IMG/VR virus record: IMGVR_UViG_3300030372_003522
Location: 1 to 37,404 of that record
Direction: 5' to 3' (one strand)
Source: a virus
Lineage: Duplodnaviria > Caudoviricetes
DNA: 37,404 nucleotides
Shown here in pieces: positions 26,940 to 36,169 of this stretch. The position numbers and the translations under genes were made by a program. Numbering within the stretch: the first letter of the stretch is position 1; each line of letters opens with the position of its first letter. Under the pieces are notes generated by a model. That model was given only the letters and a program-made list of their open reading frames with translations. It did no database searches and was not told where the DNA came from.

Positions 26940-27081
26940 ACGTTTCTCCGTTTATTTGTTTATAAGCAAATGGACTTTGACTCCAATAACTATCAGGCAT
27001 ATCTATATACTTTGGATATTTCTTATTATATTTAAACATGCTTGTAGTATTTGTGTTTCTTATCATTACATATTTCTCCAT
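26887..27081 (-). CDS. Hypothetical protein
   Basis: Coupled (TAATG) to the resolvase gene. Confidence 0.5.
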   Translation of the reverse strand: MEKYVMIRNTNTTSMFKYNKKYPKYIDMPDSYWSQSPFAYKQINGETYVTRVYISTGNRKKYVS

Positions 27082-27548
27082 TAACTTGTACTAATTAAAT
27101 CTTTATTTGTTTCTTTTAAATAATACGCCATAACAATAGCATCTGCTGTGTCCAGTGTCACTTTTATTTCTGGATGATATTCCATAGCAATTTCTTTTAA
27201 TCTTCTTTTTCTATCACCTTTATCTTTAGGAAGAGGTTGAAACATCTTCATCCATTTTTGAGGTGATACTTCAATGTAAGGGATATCCATTGATGCTAAT
27301 ATCCCTTGCCATTGACCGAAATTGTTTCCAAACTTAAAAGTAGAAGCGACCCCTTGATTAGGGAAGCTATGTACTTTTTCAATAATCGCAATAGTATTCT
27401 TAGAAGTTATAGTTTTTAGGAGTCTAGACATCTCTTTGACGGTGGGTGGACATTTATATGCACTTAAGATATTTCTATCTAAAAGGGCAACTCCTCCTTT
27501 AACTCCTGGGTCAATTGCGAGATATTTCCTATTGGCGTTTTTTGACAA
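27081..27548 (-). CDS. ruvC: RuvC-like Holliday junction resolvase
   Basis: LAIDPGVKGG, IIEKVHS, QGVASTFKFG, VSPQKW, ADAIVMA. Confidence 0.85.
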   Translation of the reverse strand: MSKNANRKYLAIDPGVKGGVALLDRNILSAYKCPPTVKEMSRLLKTITSKNTIAIIEKVHSFPNQGVASTFKFGNNFGQWQGILASMDIPYIEVSPQKWMKMFQPLPKDKGDRKRRLKEIAMEYHPEIKVTLDTADAIVMAYYLKETNKDLISTS

Positions 27549-28051
27549 TTTCTATTCCTTTCATTAAGTTCTGTACAAAGTAAACTAGCTCCCATTGAAC
27601 AGTCTACTTCTTTAGACCTAGAGTATTCTGTAATCACTCTAAGTGGACTTGCATCTGGTAGATTAGGTGACCAGTTCTTACTAGCATTACAATCACACCT
27701 ACCAACAACAGAAGTATAGTAATATTCGCCTTCTGGTAAATAATTTAAGGAAGCAACGATGTTTTTCCCAGAAAAAACTCCAAGAACAACACCAGTATTA
27801 CCACAAAACGTGCAATTACTATCATTTGAATAGCTTTCTACTTTACTTTCAAAACTCCCGTATTTAGCAAGTATTTCTTTGCACCTAGGTAATGTATCCT
27901 TTTCATTAGAAAGTTCTGTAATAGACCTATCTAGAAGCGTTATATTGCAATCCTGTAATCTTTTAACATAGTGTTCTACTAATGGTTTATTTTTGTATGG
28001 GTCTCTATTGAAATCCAAAAACAATTCACTTATTAGTTCTATTTTAGTCAT
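27479..28051 (-). CDS. Replication-associated protein with Zn-binding Cys motifs (helicase loader/inhibitor-like)
   Basis: Directly after the initiator; helical N-terminus ending LPRCKEI; CTFCGNTG...RCDC. Confidence 0.5.
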   Translation of the reverse strand: MTKIELISELFLDFNRDPYKNKPLVEHYVKRLQDCNITLLDRSITELSNEKDTLPRCKEILAKYGSFESKVESYSNDSNCTFCGNTGVVLGVFSGKNIVASLNYLPEGEYYYTSVVGRCDCNASKNWSPNLPDASPLRVITEYSRSKEVDCSMGASLLCTELNERNRNCQKTPIGNISQLTQELKEELPF

Positions 28052-28054
28052 AAT

Positions 28055-28735
28055 TTACCCGTATTTTTTAAGTTTATTTAACCAGTCATCTTGGTTTTTA
28101 GTGTTATTATAATTACCCTCAAGTATCTTTATCATGTTTCTAGGTTGTATTATCCAGTCAAATGTAGCGGTCCACTCATCACTTCTTCCAGATAAAAAAT
28201 CTGATTCGTATATCTTTTCAAAGTAGTCATCCCAAAATGATTCTTCTGGGTGCTCTTTTAATCTAGCAGTTAAACTAGAAAGCCTAGAACCTTTTACATT
28301 TATAACCTTAGGGACTGTCGTATCCTCAAATACTATATTCCATTTTTCATGAATATACTTTATAGTATTATTATATTTATTATTAGTTTTATTATTCTTT
28401 TTATTATTATGTAACGATTTTTCATTATAGGTATTACGATTTTTCGTTATAGGTATCTTATTTTTTAAGTATACCTTTCTCAGATTTCCTTTAGACCTAT
28501 CTACATCCACTTTTACATAGCCACATTTGCATAATCCAGACATCCATGTTGATATAGTGTTTTTACCTACGCCATAAAGCTCTGAAAAATATTTGTTTGA
28601 AGCCCAACAATACCCACTTTGATTAGATAGGGCAGTAATCTCAGCATATAAAAGCTTCTGAGAGGATGATAATCTACTATCATATCTAACTTCTGCGGGT
28701 ATTATTGCATAATAGTTTGTTTCTAGCTTTGCCAT
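28055..28735 (-). CDS. Phage replication initiator (N-terminal wHTH)
   Basis: YYAIIPAEVRYD..L....KLLYAEITAL...GYCWASNKYFSELY; Asn/Lys-rich linker with iterons; C-terminal FLSG...WTATFDWI...KILEGNY. Confidence 0.85.
   Translation of the reverse strand: MAKLETNYYAIIPAEVRYDSRLSSSQKLLYAEITALSNQSGYCWASNKYFSELYGVGKNTISTWMSGLCKCGYVKVDVDRSKGNLRKVYLKNKIPITKNRNTYNEKSLHNNKKNNKTNNKYNNTIKYIHEKWNIVFEDTTVPKVINVKGSRLSSLTARLKEHPEESFWDDYFEKIYESDFLSGRSDEWTATFDWIIQPRNMIKILEGNYNNTKNQDDWLNKLKKYG
28414..28456. repeat. Iteron-like direct repeats (putative origin)
   Basis: ACGATTTTTC(A/G)TTATAGGTAT at 28414-28434 and 28436-28456, next to an almost pure A/T tract at about 28360-28410. Confidence 0.65.
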
Positions 28736-29304
28736 TATGAACTCATTTTACTTTTAAGTTTAGCAATCAACGCTTCTGCTTGTTGAGATGTGATGTCTTT
28801 CTCAATGTAAGATAATGCGCTATCTTTTTCATCTGGACTTAGTGTGCACTTATCTGATTCAAGTAAGCTATTTATCTTTTTAAACTGAGCAGTAGTAGCC
28901 ATTACCTCTGGCAAATCTTCTCCTGCATAGATGTATAGGCCTAAACCATGTAACGCAATTGCTTTTGCTAGGCATCTTTGTATTGATGTGTTAATATGAA
29001 AAGCGTTAGGTTTCATTATAGGGCTATTCCTATTATCTAATACTGGGTGGACTTGTGTTCTTTTAACACTATCTACATCTACCGTTACTTGTACAAAGTA
29101 ACCAGTCTCAGTTCTCATATATGGTTGGTCAATTCCTTCTGGTGTTCTAAAGGTATGAACTTCCCATGTTGCATTAGGACAAACCTTTAATAGTTCTTGA
29201 ACGGCAAAACTCCAACTCAAGTAGTTAAAGTTTCCTTTCTTCTCAACATATTTAGACACGTTAATTTGATTGAGCGTGCTAAATGTATTATCTTTCTTTG
29301 TCAT
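28735..29304 (-). CDS. sak: Sak-like (Rad52 family, DUF1071) single-strand annealing protein
   Basis: VEKKGNFNYLSWSFA, PVLDNRN, INTSIQRCLAKAIALHGLGLYIYAGEDLP. Confidence 0.9.
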   Translation of the reverse strand: MTKKDNTFSTLNQINVSKYVEKKGNFNYLSWSFAVQELLKVCPNATWEVHTFRTPEGIDQPYMRTETGYFVQVTVDVDSVKRTQVHPVLDNRNSPIMKPNAFHINTSIQRCLAKAIALHGLGLYIYAGEDLPEVMATTAQFKKINSLLESDKCTLSPDEKDSALSYIEKDITSQQAEALIAKLKSKMSS

Positions 29305-29327
29305 GTTTCTCTCCTTATTTAAAATTT

Positions 29328-29370
29328 AATGGGCTACTAGCTTGGCTAAGGGAGTAAGCTTTCACCCATT
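29328..29370 (-). promoter_or_regulatory. Hairpin with loop-E (AGUA/GAA) internal motif upstream of sak
   Basis: Minus strand reads AATGGGT-GAA-AGCTT-loop-AAGCT-AGTA-GCCCATT. Confidence 0.55.
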
Positions 29371-29382
29371 GTACTGACAATA

Positions 29383-29616
29383 CTAAAATGGAATATCATC
29401 AGTAGTAGTTTCTTTAGAACTAGTGGTGCTTTCTTTAGGCAGGCTAAATGATAATCCAAAATATTTTGTTCCTTTTTTAGATTCATTTATCCAAGCTGAT
29501 ATATAATAATCAGTACCACCGATACTAGCTTTACCAGTATAATCTGGTCTTTTTTGATTGTCCCCTTTGTCGTTCTTAAAAAGAACTCCAGACATATCTT
29601 TTTGTTGTTCAGCCAT
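29383..29616 (-). CDS. Small SSB-like protein
   Basis: Likely start is 29616 (AAGGAG RBS). GVLFKN...RPDYTG...YYISAW...YFGLS, acidic DDIPF tail; adjacent to sak. Confidence 0.75.
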   Translation of the reverse strand: MAEQQKDMSGVLFKNDKGDNQKRPDYTGKASIGGTDYYISAWINESKKGTKYFGLSFSLPKESTTSSKETTTDDIPF

Positions 29617-29839
29617 TACTTTTCTCCTTCCATGTTTTATACTTCTTGTTTTGTTTGTATTTATTTCCAAACCCTTCATTGTAAGAGCATGGGCTACATA
29701 TAGAACCTAAATACTTGTCTGTTAACAAGCTATGCCAATTATAAAATTGATGGTTCATTTTATGTTTTTTGCACGCATCACAATTCTTGGTGAGTTTAGT
29801 TTTTTCTGCTATTAGATTAGAAGATACATTATCTACCAT
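29609..29839 (-). CDS. Zn-finger-like hypothetical protein
   Basis: CDAC...CSPC. Confidence 0.55.
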   Translation of the reverse strand: MVDNVSSNLIAEKTKLTKNCDACKKHKMNHQFYNWHSLLTDKYLGSICSPCSYNEGFGNKYKQNKKYKTWKEKSNG

Positions 29840-30124
29840 AATATATTTTATCTCTTCTAGATTGCATAGTTTCTATTCCCTTTTCTGATGGGGTCCAAGT
29901 TCCAAAGTCCATAACAACTTGTTTTCCTATATTCTTTTTGCCTATAGCAATAAGATGGTCATACATTCTTGTCATTTCATTTATAAACCTTTTATTTTTT
30001 ACCATTCTTTTTCTTCCTTACTTTTCTTTTAGGTTTAACCCCAATACCAGATACTGCTTTTTTTAATTCTTTCATAATTGCTCTTATAGAGCTTGGTAGC
30101 GTTACGTTCTTCATTGTTTCTCCT

Positions 30125-30349
30125 TTATTTTTCTTTATATACCATACATCTATCATGCAAGTAAGCTTCAATCCACCAACATCCGTTGGCTACTTCCTTT
30201 ATTTTTTTTATATTTCTTTGATGAGTAGTAAGGTTATCTTTCTTAGGTTCACGATTTTTTTTAGAGGTTTTAATTGCACTCTTTCGTCTATCATCAGAAA
30301 ATTTAGCTAACGTTACTTTTTTCTTTTTGGGTTTTTTCTTGTTCATCAT
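30125..30349 (-). CDS. Basic hypothetical protein
   Basis: AGGAG RBS; Lys-rich N-terminus. Confidence 0.55.
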   Translation of the reverse strand: MMNKKKPKKKKVTLAKFSDDRRKSAIKTSKKNREPKKDNLTTHQRNIKKIKEVANGCWWIEAYLHDRCMVYKEK

Positions 30350-30491
30350 CTTCTCCTATATAACATAAATAAAAAGCATTACATTCACTACAACTTAAAT
30401 TACTAACAATTCCTTCACCTTCCATACCATAATCCTCATAATCGTGGTCACCGCCCCATATCACCTCACTATTACAATGCCAACAATTCAC
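30303..30491 (-). CDS. Zn-ribbon small protein
   Basis: CWHC...IWGGDHD...NLSCSEC; GAGG RBS. Confidence 0.7.
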   Translation of the reverse strand: MNCWHCNSEVIWGGDHDYEDYGMEGEGIVSNLSCSECNAFYLCYIGEDDEQEKTQKEKSNVS

Positions 30492-30638
30492 TTAAACCTC
30501 TTTTCTAGCCAATGGAAAAATGGAATCTTGCCTTGCTCTGTGTCGAAATGATAAAACTCATCTAATAACTCATAAATTTTATCAGCATCATGCAAACTAA
30601 AATTATCTTCCAATGCTTCAATCATTTTTTCATTCATA

Positions 30639-30914
30639 TTATTTTAACCTTATTTTTGTGACATCATAGCCACGTTTCTTCCAGTATATCTTTCTTATCT
30701 TTTTTTTAATAGCCGTATCATTCTCGACTCTAGGTCTTAAAAACCAATGACCTTTATGTTCTACTAGGTCTAATTCGGTCCATTGACACACCTCATACTT
30801 CTTCTTAGGATATGGTCTAGGATTCGCACAATTCCAAGCTTCATCCAATAATGATGATAATGTCATATAAGTATATGCTTCAATCATTACGCTAAATATT
30901 ATTAACGGACCCAT
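30639..30914 (-). CDS. Hypothetical protein
   Basis: AAGGA RBS; co-oriented with the minus arm. Confidence 0.55.
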   Translation of the reverse strand: MGPLIIFSVMIEAYTYMTLSSLLDEAWNCANPRPYPKKKYEVCQWTELDLVEHKGHWFLRPRVENDTAIKKKIRKIYWKKRGYDVTKIRLK

Positions 30915-31053
30915 AATTCCTTTCGAGTTAGGAAGCCATCAGCTCTACCTGTTTATTGTAGCATATTCCTTTGCCTGAACGATACTTGGACTTATAGGAC
31001 CAGCTACTGACTTCCGTTCTCTTTTCGACGAGGTAAACATCACATTTACCTAA

Positions 31054-31413
31054 TTATTGTATTAGCATTTCCCTTAAAATAAACCTTTCAAATGGCGATA
31101 GTTCTCTTATTTTTTCTATAAGCTTTGCAAAATTTATAGATGTATCATTCCCACTTTCATAGTAATCACCTATTTCTGCTTCCCAGTGCCTTCTAGATGT
31201 CATATCTTTAGATGATATCTTGCTAGGACTAGCTTTTTCTAAATAAAGCATCTCTTCATCGCTAAATTTACCCTCTAATAATTTCAAAGATTCTTCTCTT
31301 ATATAAGGAAAACTTTCAACTGCACGCACGCAACCTGCATGATTTGTCTTATATTTATCTTTGTAATACTCAATAGCATTACTATCTATTCTTAATGTAG
31401 TGTTTATTTTCAT
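31054..31413 (-). CDS. Hypothetical protein, possibly DNA-binding
   Basis: AAGGGG RBS; N-terminal TTLRI strand-helix pattern loosely RHH-like. Confidence 0.5.
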   Translation of the reverse strand: MKINTTLRIDSNAIEYYKDKYKTNHAGCVRAVESFPYIREESLKLLEGKFSDEEMLYLEKASPSKISSKDMTSRRHWEAEIGDYYESGNDTSINFAKLIEKIRELSPFERFILREMLIQ

Positions 31414-31447
31414 TGCATTTCCCCTTGTAGATTAGCGTGATAATTTA

Positions 31448-31675
31448 TCATTTATCCTCCTTCTTGGCAAGTTTTTTTTCGTTCTCTTCTTTTTTATCGT
31501 TAGTACTGCTCTTAATATGCTCTTCAAACCCCTCTAAATCACCTTTAAACATTATATATTCATTGATAGTGTTCATTGTAAGGTTAACGTGTTGAGCTAG
31601 TCTTTGAAATTCATGCACAAGTGCTACGATTCGTTCTTCTGCTCTTTTTATTCTAGATGTTTTTTGTTTTGCCAT
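31448..31675 (-). CDS. Hypothetical coiled-coil protein
   Basis: AAGGAG RBS. Confidence 0.6.
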   Translation of the reverse strand: MAKQKTSRIKRAEERIVALVHEFQRLAQHVNLTMNTINEYIMFKGDLEGFEEHIKSSTNDKKEENEKKLAKKEDK

Positions 31676-31836
31676 TATCTTCTCCTTCTTTTATAACTTC
31701 TAACATTTTTTCAAAGTGAGGTAAGTTTCCCCAGTCCCACCCTTTGTCTTCGTACTTATCTTTTAAGTCGTTATTAGCTACATCAAGAAAGTCTGATATA
31801 AACTCTTTTATTTTCCCCATTTTCTCTCCTTTGTCT

Positions 31837-32124
31837 TTAGTCTATTAGTTTTTTATGATAGCGATTCATCGCTTCATCTTTCCCTTTTAGTAATTTTTCC
31901 ATTTTCCACTCTGGGTATCCAATTGCTACTGGCTTACCATGTTTTAATCCTATTTCTTCTTCTATCCACGCCATAGATGTACATATTTCGTCCCATATAT
32001 CATTATGGTTGTCTATATCTTCTGGAATACAATGCTCTCTATAATCGCAAAGCACGTCCCATATATAGTCTATTGATTCTAGGGTATCAAAGTTTGTTGG
32101 CGGTTTTGCATTAATCTTCTTCAT
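31837..32124 (-). CDS. Hypothetical early protein with acidic core
   Basis: AAGGAG RBS; WDEICTSMAWIEE. Confidence 0.6.
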   Translation of the reverse strand: MKKINAKPPTNFDTLESIDYIWDVLCDYREHCIPEDIDNHNDIWDEICTSMAWIEEEIGLKHGKPVAIGYPEWKMEKLLKGKDEAMNRYHKKLID

Positions 32125-32282
32125 TTAGCTTTGCTCCTTATATAGCTCTTTCGTCCACTTTCTCCACTCTTTAAATGCTCTTTCTCTTTCTTTAGGATTC
32201 TCATCTGGGTTTTCTTTAAAATGAATCATTCCATCACATTCTAAAAATGTAAAGAGTCGGTCCTCTAGCCATTCTTCGTAGT

Positions 32283-32546
32283 TCATCTCATGTCTCCTCT
32301 TTCTGTTCTCATATCTTCTTGTCTTAAGGCTTCTTTATTCATTTCTTCCGTTGTTAGTGGCATTTTAGGTACCTTATGTTCTCCAAAAATACCTATAAAT
32401 GTTTCTAGAATATCTTCATCGCTATCATATTTATATCCATCATAACCGCTATATAAGATTTCTATCAAATCATTTCCATTCATATTCTCTGCCTCTGCGG
32501 TAGCCACCATTACTCTCATTTGCTCATAATCTGGTATTCTACTCAT
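32283..32546 (-). CDS. Hypothetical acidic early protein
   Basis: AGGTGG RBS. Confidence 0.55.
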   Translation of the reverse strand: MSRIPDYEQMRVMVATAEAENMNGNDLIEILYSGYDGYKYDSDEDILETFIGIFGEHKVPKMPLTTEEMNKEALRQEDMRTERGDMR

Positions 32547-32864
32547 TTAATCCACCTTTCTCATTACAACCCAATCGCCTATATAAAATACACGATTAAT
32601 TACTTTGTTATACACTTGGTCGTTTTTCAATTCTCCATCTTCAAATAATTCCGCATCTTCTAAGATTTCATATCTACCTGTATTTAGTTTTGATGTATAT
32701 TGGTAATCTTTATCGCTCATTTACTTTTCTCCTTTTCTTTTTCTAGTTTCTCTCTAAATGTTTCATACATACTTTCCGCCCACGCCTTAGTATAATCATC
32801 ACTGCTTTCGGATTTTTTCTTCCAGTACTTTATCATGTCTTTTAAGTATGTAGAATACTTTCTT

Positions 32865-33068
32865 TTACTCATTTAATTTATACTCCGCATATCTTTCTTT
32901 ACCTTGCTTGTTAAGGTTGACAATATTCATATCATCTTCGTGTCTCAATGTATGTATAATTGCTCCAAGTCTCATTCCCATGTCATTTTTAAGAGCCTCT
33001 AAGGGTGTTAGTGTCCTACCAGACTTTAGCCATTTTACAACTTTATCCTTTTGTGTTTCTTTTTTCAT
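32865..33068 (-). CDS. Winged helix-turn-helix protein
   Basis: TQKDKVVKWLKSGRTLTPLEAL...RLGAIIHTLR...YAEYKL. Likely start is 33068 (AAGGAG RBS). Confidence 0.75.
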   Translation of the reverse strand: MKKETQKDKVVKWLKSGRTLTPLEALKNDMGMRLGAIIHTLRHEDDMNIVNLNKQGKERYAEYKLNE

Positions 33069-33160
33069 CTTGTCTCCTTTGTTTTTGGTATTCATAACGT
33101 TGCCGTTTATGGACTTTTCTTATTGTTATATGTGTATAGTCATTAACACTAGGATTCTTG

Positions 33161-33174
33161 CCTAAATGCAAGTC
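33161..33174 (-). promoter_or_regulatory. Early promoter-like motif, copy 1
   Basis: Minus strand GACTTGCATTTAGG (TTGCAT is -35-like) in an intergenic gap; matches copy 2. Confidence 0.4.
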
Positions 33175-33209
33175 TTTTCGCGTTATATAGTCTATATATT
33201 CTGTTGCTC

Positions 33210-33425
33210 TCACTTCTTCTCCTTGTCTAAAGCATCTAGAGGTCGCATAAGGTCTTGTAGGTCAACCTTCTCTTCATCTCTCATTGCTAGTTTCATTAAT
33301 GCTATACCAAGAGCATCTTCTAGACTTGTTATTGAGATATCCTTTTCTTTTCTGTCCTCCATCTCTTTCTTTTGATGCTTTGCGACATCTTTAATTACTT
33401 TCTTTATTTCTTTATCTATCATCAT
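33210..33425 (-). CDS. Hypothetical protein
   Basis: AAGGAG RBS. Confidence 0.55.
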   Translation of the reverse strand: MMIDKEIKKVIKDVAKHQKKEMEDRKEKDISITSLEDALGIALMKLAMRDEEKVDLQDLMRPLDALDKEKK

Positions 33426-33813
33426 CTTCTCCTTTTTTTTAGTTTTTTTCGTTTAGATTTACTAACTCTAGAAGCAACTCCTTGATATTCTGCTCCTATA
33501 AGTGATGCTACCGCCCACCCATTAGGTGTTGAATTATATTTATTTTTCCAATAATTCATTTTTTTCCAAACACTTGTATTCATCACTCCTCCTCATCTAC
33601 TTCAGATAATGTTATTAATACATTACGATTTAATGCTTTACATATACGATTCTCTAACTCATTAGCCATTTCTTCAAAGTCATAATGCTTTTCACCATCT
33701 TCACCTTTATAATAATATATAGGCATTTTTATTGTGTTATGGTTATTTTTTATTTCACTCATTTACAACTCCTTTGTCATTTTAACTGCAATATAGATTA
33801 CAAAACTATAATA

Positions 33814-33827
33814 CTTAAATGCAAGAC
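33814..33827 (-). promoter_or_regulatory. Early promoter-like motif, copy 2
   Basis: Minus strand GTCTTGCATTTAAG followed by TG-TAATCT. Confidence 0.4.
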
Positions 33828-34032
33828 ATTTTTGTTTTATAGAGGAGAAATAGGTATTTTTAGTTTTTTCTCCACCATAAATACACAATTTGGTCTAATC
33901 TATCCATACTCTGATTTACTATGTCAAATTCTTCTTTTGATTCCATTAAAGAGGGAATTATTTTTGCAATTTCTCTTAACTCATCTTTTGCAAATCTAAA
34001 TCTATCTAATATTTCTAAGCGTTCTTCTGAGT

Positions 34033-34215
34033 TCATTTCCTTTCTCCTTTATTATTTAAAATTGCTTTTGCTAATTTTTCCCACTCATCCTTTGTAGTTA
34101 TGTATATTGGCTCATCTACCATATATTCTTCTGCTATCTCATTAGCCGAACAAAAATCCCCACAATCTCCAAGATTATGAATAGTAAACTTGGATGATAA
34201 TGCTAAGTATTTCAT
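34033..34215 (-). CDS. Hypothetical protein
   Basis: GGAGAAAGGA RBS. Confidence 0.55.
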   Translation of the reverse strand: MKYLALSSKFTIHNLGDCGDFCSANEIAEEYMVDEPIYITTKDEWEKLAKAILNNKGERK

Positions 34216-34381
34216 TTCCTTTCTCCCTATTCTATTATATCGGTTATCTCATCTTCGTGCTCAACAATTAAACACATCATATGAGTTAGTATTGTATGGT
34301 CTATTTCTTCCCAAAGATTATCGCTAATGGTTTGCAAATCTCTTTTTAAAGATTTTGTTTTTGCTCTATCTTGCAATTGTT

Positions 34382-34711
34382 CTACAAATTCTTGTTGCCC
34401 CATTGTTTTTTCTCCTTTTCTTTTTTTAATTCGTCCATTTCTTCTTTATATTCTAGCCAATCGCTATATGATAAATCTCTAAAGCAATCAAGTGGATAGA
34501 GCATATTTTTGCTATTGTCTGGCTCATCTAGCATCATTTTTATCTTTTCTTCTGGGACATCATATCCCTCATATATTAGTTCGTATACATCTTCTGGATA
34601 ACAATCAATTCCCTCGTCCAATATATCTTCCATTCCATTATGCTCTAAATCTACATTCCAAATAGCCGTGCCTAATTCTATTTGTATGTATGCTCTTTCT
34701 GTTCTTTTCAT
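34382..34711 (-). CDS. Acidic early protein
   Basis: AGGAGG RBS; D/E- and Tyr-rich. Confidence 0.6.
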   Translation of the reverse strand: MKRTERAYIQIELGTAIWNVDLEHNGMEDILDEGIDCYPEDVYELIYEGYDVPEEKIKMMLDEPDNSKNMLYPLDCFRDLSYSDWLEYKEEMDELKKEKEKKQWGNKNL

Positions 34712-34726
34712 CTTACTTAACCTCCT

Positions 34727-34975
34727 TTATTTACTTTCTTCTGTTACTTGATGTAATATTCTTAATTTTTCTGCTAATATTTTTGCATTACCATTCATTC
34801 CAAAATATCTTTTAACATCTGACATTTTCCAATTACTATGAGGTTTTATACCTTTTGCCCATAATTGAACTGCTCCTTTAGATGTTATTAGATTATACAT
34901 TGCTTTTGTTGGATTTTCAGTGCAATCTTTCAAAAACTGACAATTTCCGTTCATTTCTATTTGCTCTTTAATCAT
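34727..34975 (-). CDS. Hypothetical early protein
   Basis: AAGGAG RBS. Confidence 0.6.
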   Translation of the reverse strand: MIKEQIEMNGNCQFLKDCTENPTKAMYNLITSKGAVQLWAKGIKPHSNWKMSDVKRYFGMNGNAKILAEKLRILHQVTEESK

Positions 34976-35140
34976 TTTATTTCTCCTTATCCCAGAACCA
35001 ACCTCTTGATAAATAATCTGTTACACTCCACTCTTTTGATAAATCTAAATGATTTACTATCCACGTATTAGTCTCTTGAAAGTTCTTAGCTTTTATTAAA
35101 TATTTTTCACTATCTTTTTTATTAGTTACTAGGTATTTGT

Positions 35141-35413
35141 TCATTTTTCTTCCTCCTCATCTTCCCATTCGCAGATACAATCTTCCCATTCTTCTTCGCA
35201 TTCTTCACATGCCTCTACCTCATATTCTTCTACTTCAATATCTTCTCCACTCCATACCCAATCCATACAATAGCTATTCCAACATTCTATATCTCCGCAT
35301 ATTGCCGTATTACTTGCATATGCCCATTTTATCTCTGTTTTTTCTGGGGTGGCTCCACAATATTCACATTCCGCGTCCCATCTCTTTTTTGTTATTGTTA
35401 TTTTATTCGCCAT
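35141..35413 (-). CDS. Highly acidic Cys-rich early protein
   Basis: About one third D/E; nine Cys including CEYC and CEEC...CIC. Confidence 0.6.
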   Translation of the reverse strand: MANKITITKKRWDAECEYCGATPEKTEIKWAYASNTAICGDIECWNSYCMDWVWSGEDIEVEEYEVEACEECEEEWEDCICEWEDEEEEK

Positions 35414-35703
35414 TTTTTTTTCCTTTACTTTAATCTAAAATTCTTCTATTAATATCTCTACAACTTTCTCATCATCTCTTTCTTTTAATGCTTTTATAAT
35501 ATTTTCATTTTCTAATGCTATATTTGGGTCTATACATTTCAAACTACAATGTATTAAAAAACTTTGTCTTCTCATTATTTACCTCTCTTTTTAGCTTGTT
35601 TTACCCTATCCCAATGCTCATAGTCTACAAAACCATATTCTTTCTTAATTCTGCCGTTTTTGGCTATTGTAACGTCATTCCATATCTTTTTAGCTAGGTT
35701 CAT

Positions 35704-35889
35704 TTATTTATTTCCTTTCATTGTATATAAATTATTAATCTTAGATATTGATTCTTTTATTATATCGTGTACTGCTAAATCCATTGTTCCATGCTCTACT
35801 TCATTCATTATTGAACTAGCTAATAATTCTAATTGCGAAACTCTTTCACTTGTTGCGACTAGTTTATTTATTAATTCTTGATAATCCAT
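35704..35889 (-). CDS. Hypothetical protein
   Basis: AAGGGG RBS. Confidence 0.5.
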   Translation of the reverse strand: MDYQELINKLVATSERVSQLELLASSIMNEVEHGTMDLAVHDIIKESISKINNLYTMKGNK

Positions 35890-36169
35890 TTAACCCCCTT
35901 ATCATTTCTTTTAATTGCTTAGTGTTCATTAACTTTGTTTTTGCGTTTGGTCTTGCTTGGTTTTGTTGCTTTGATGTAGTTATAGAGTATTTATCACTAT
36001 TTTCATACCAAGTATTTTTATATTTAACATACATTGGAAAATGATAGCCATAAGAATAAACAATATATAATTTATCTTTTTTAATATGCTCACTAAATAT
36101 ATTACTTGCTTTAAATTCTATCTTCTTATTTACAAATTCACTACATTCAATATTAGTTGTTTTTTTCAT
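35864..36169 (-). CDS. Conserved phage early protein
   Basis: YIVYSYGYHFP...NSDKYSITTSKQQ motif, which I recognise from phage early regions; function unknown. Confidence 0.65.
   Translation of the reverse strand: MKKTTNIECSEFVNKKIEFKASNIFSEHIKKDKLYIVYSYGYHFPMYVKYKNTWYENSDKYSITTSKQQNQARPNAKTKLMNTKQLKEMIRGLNGLSRINK

Noticed and set aside
30915-30945. Hammerhead ribozyme (CTGATGG...CGAAA on the minus strand)
   Set aside because: The core should be CUGANGA, and the required three stems could not be built.
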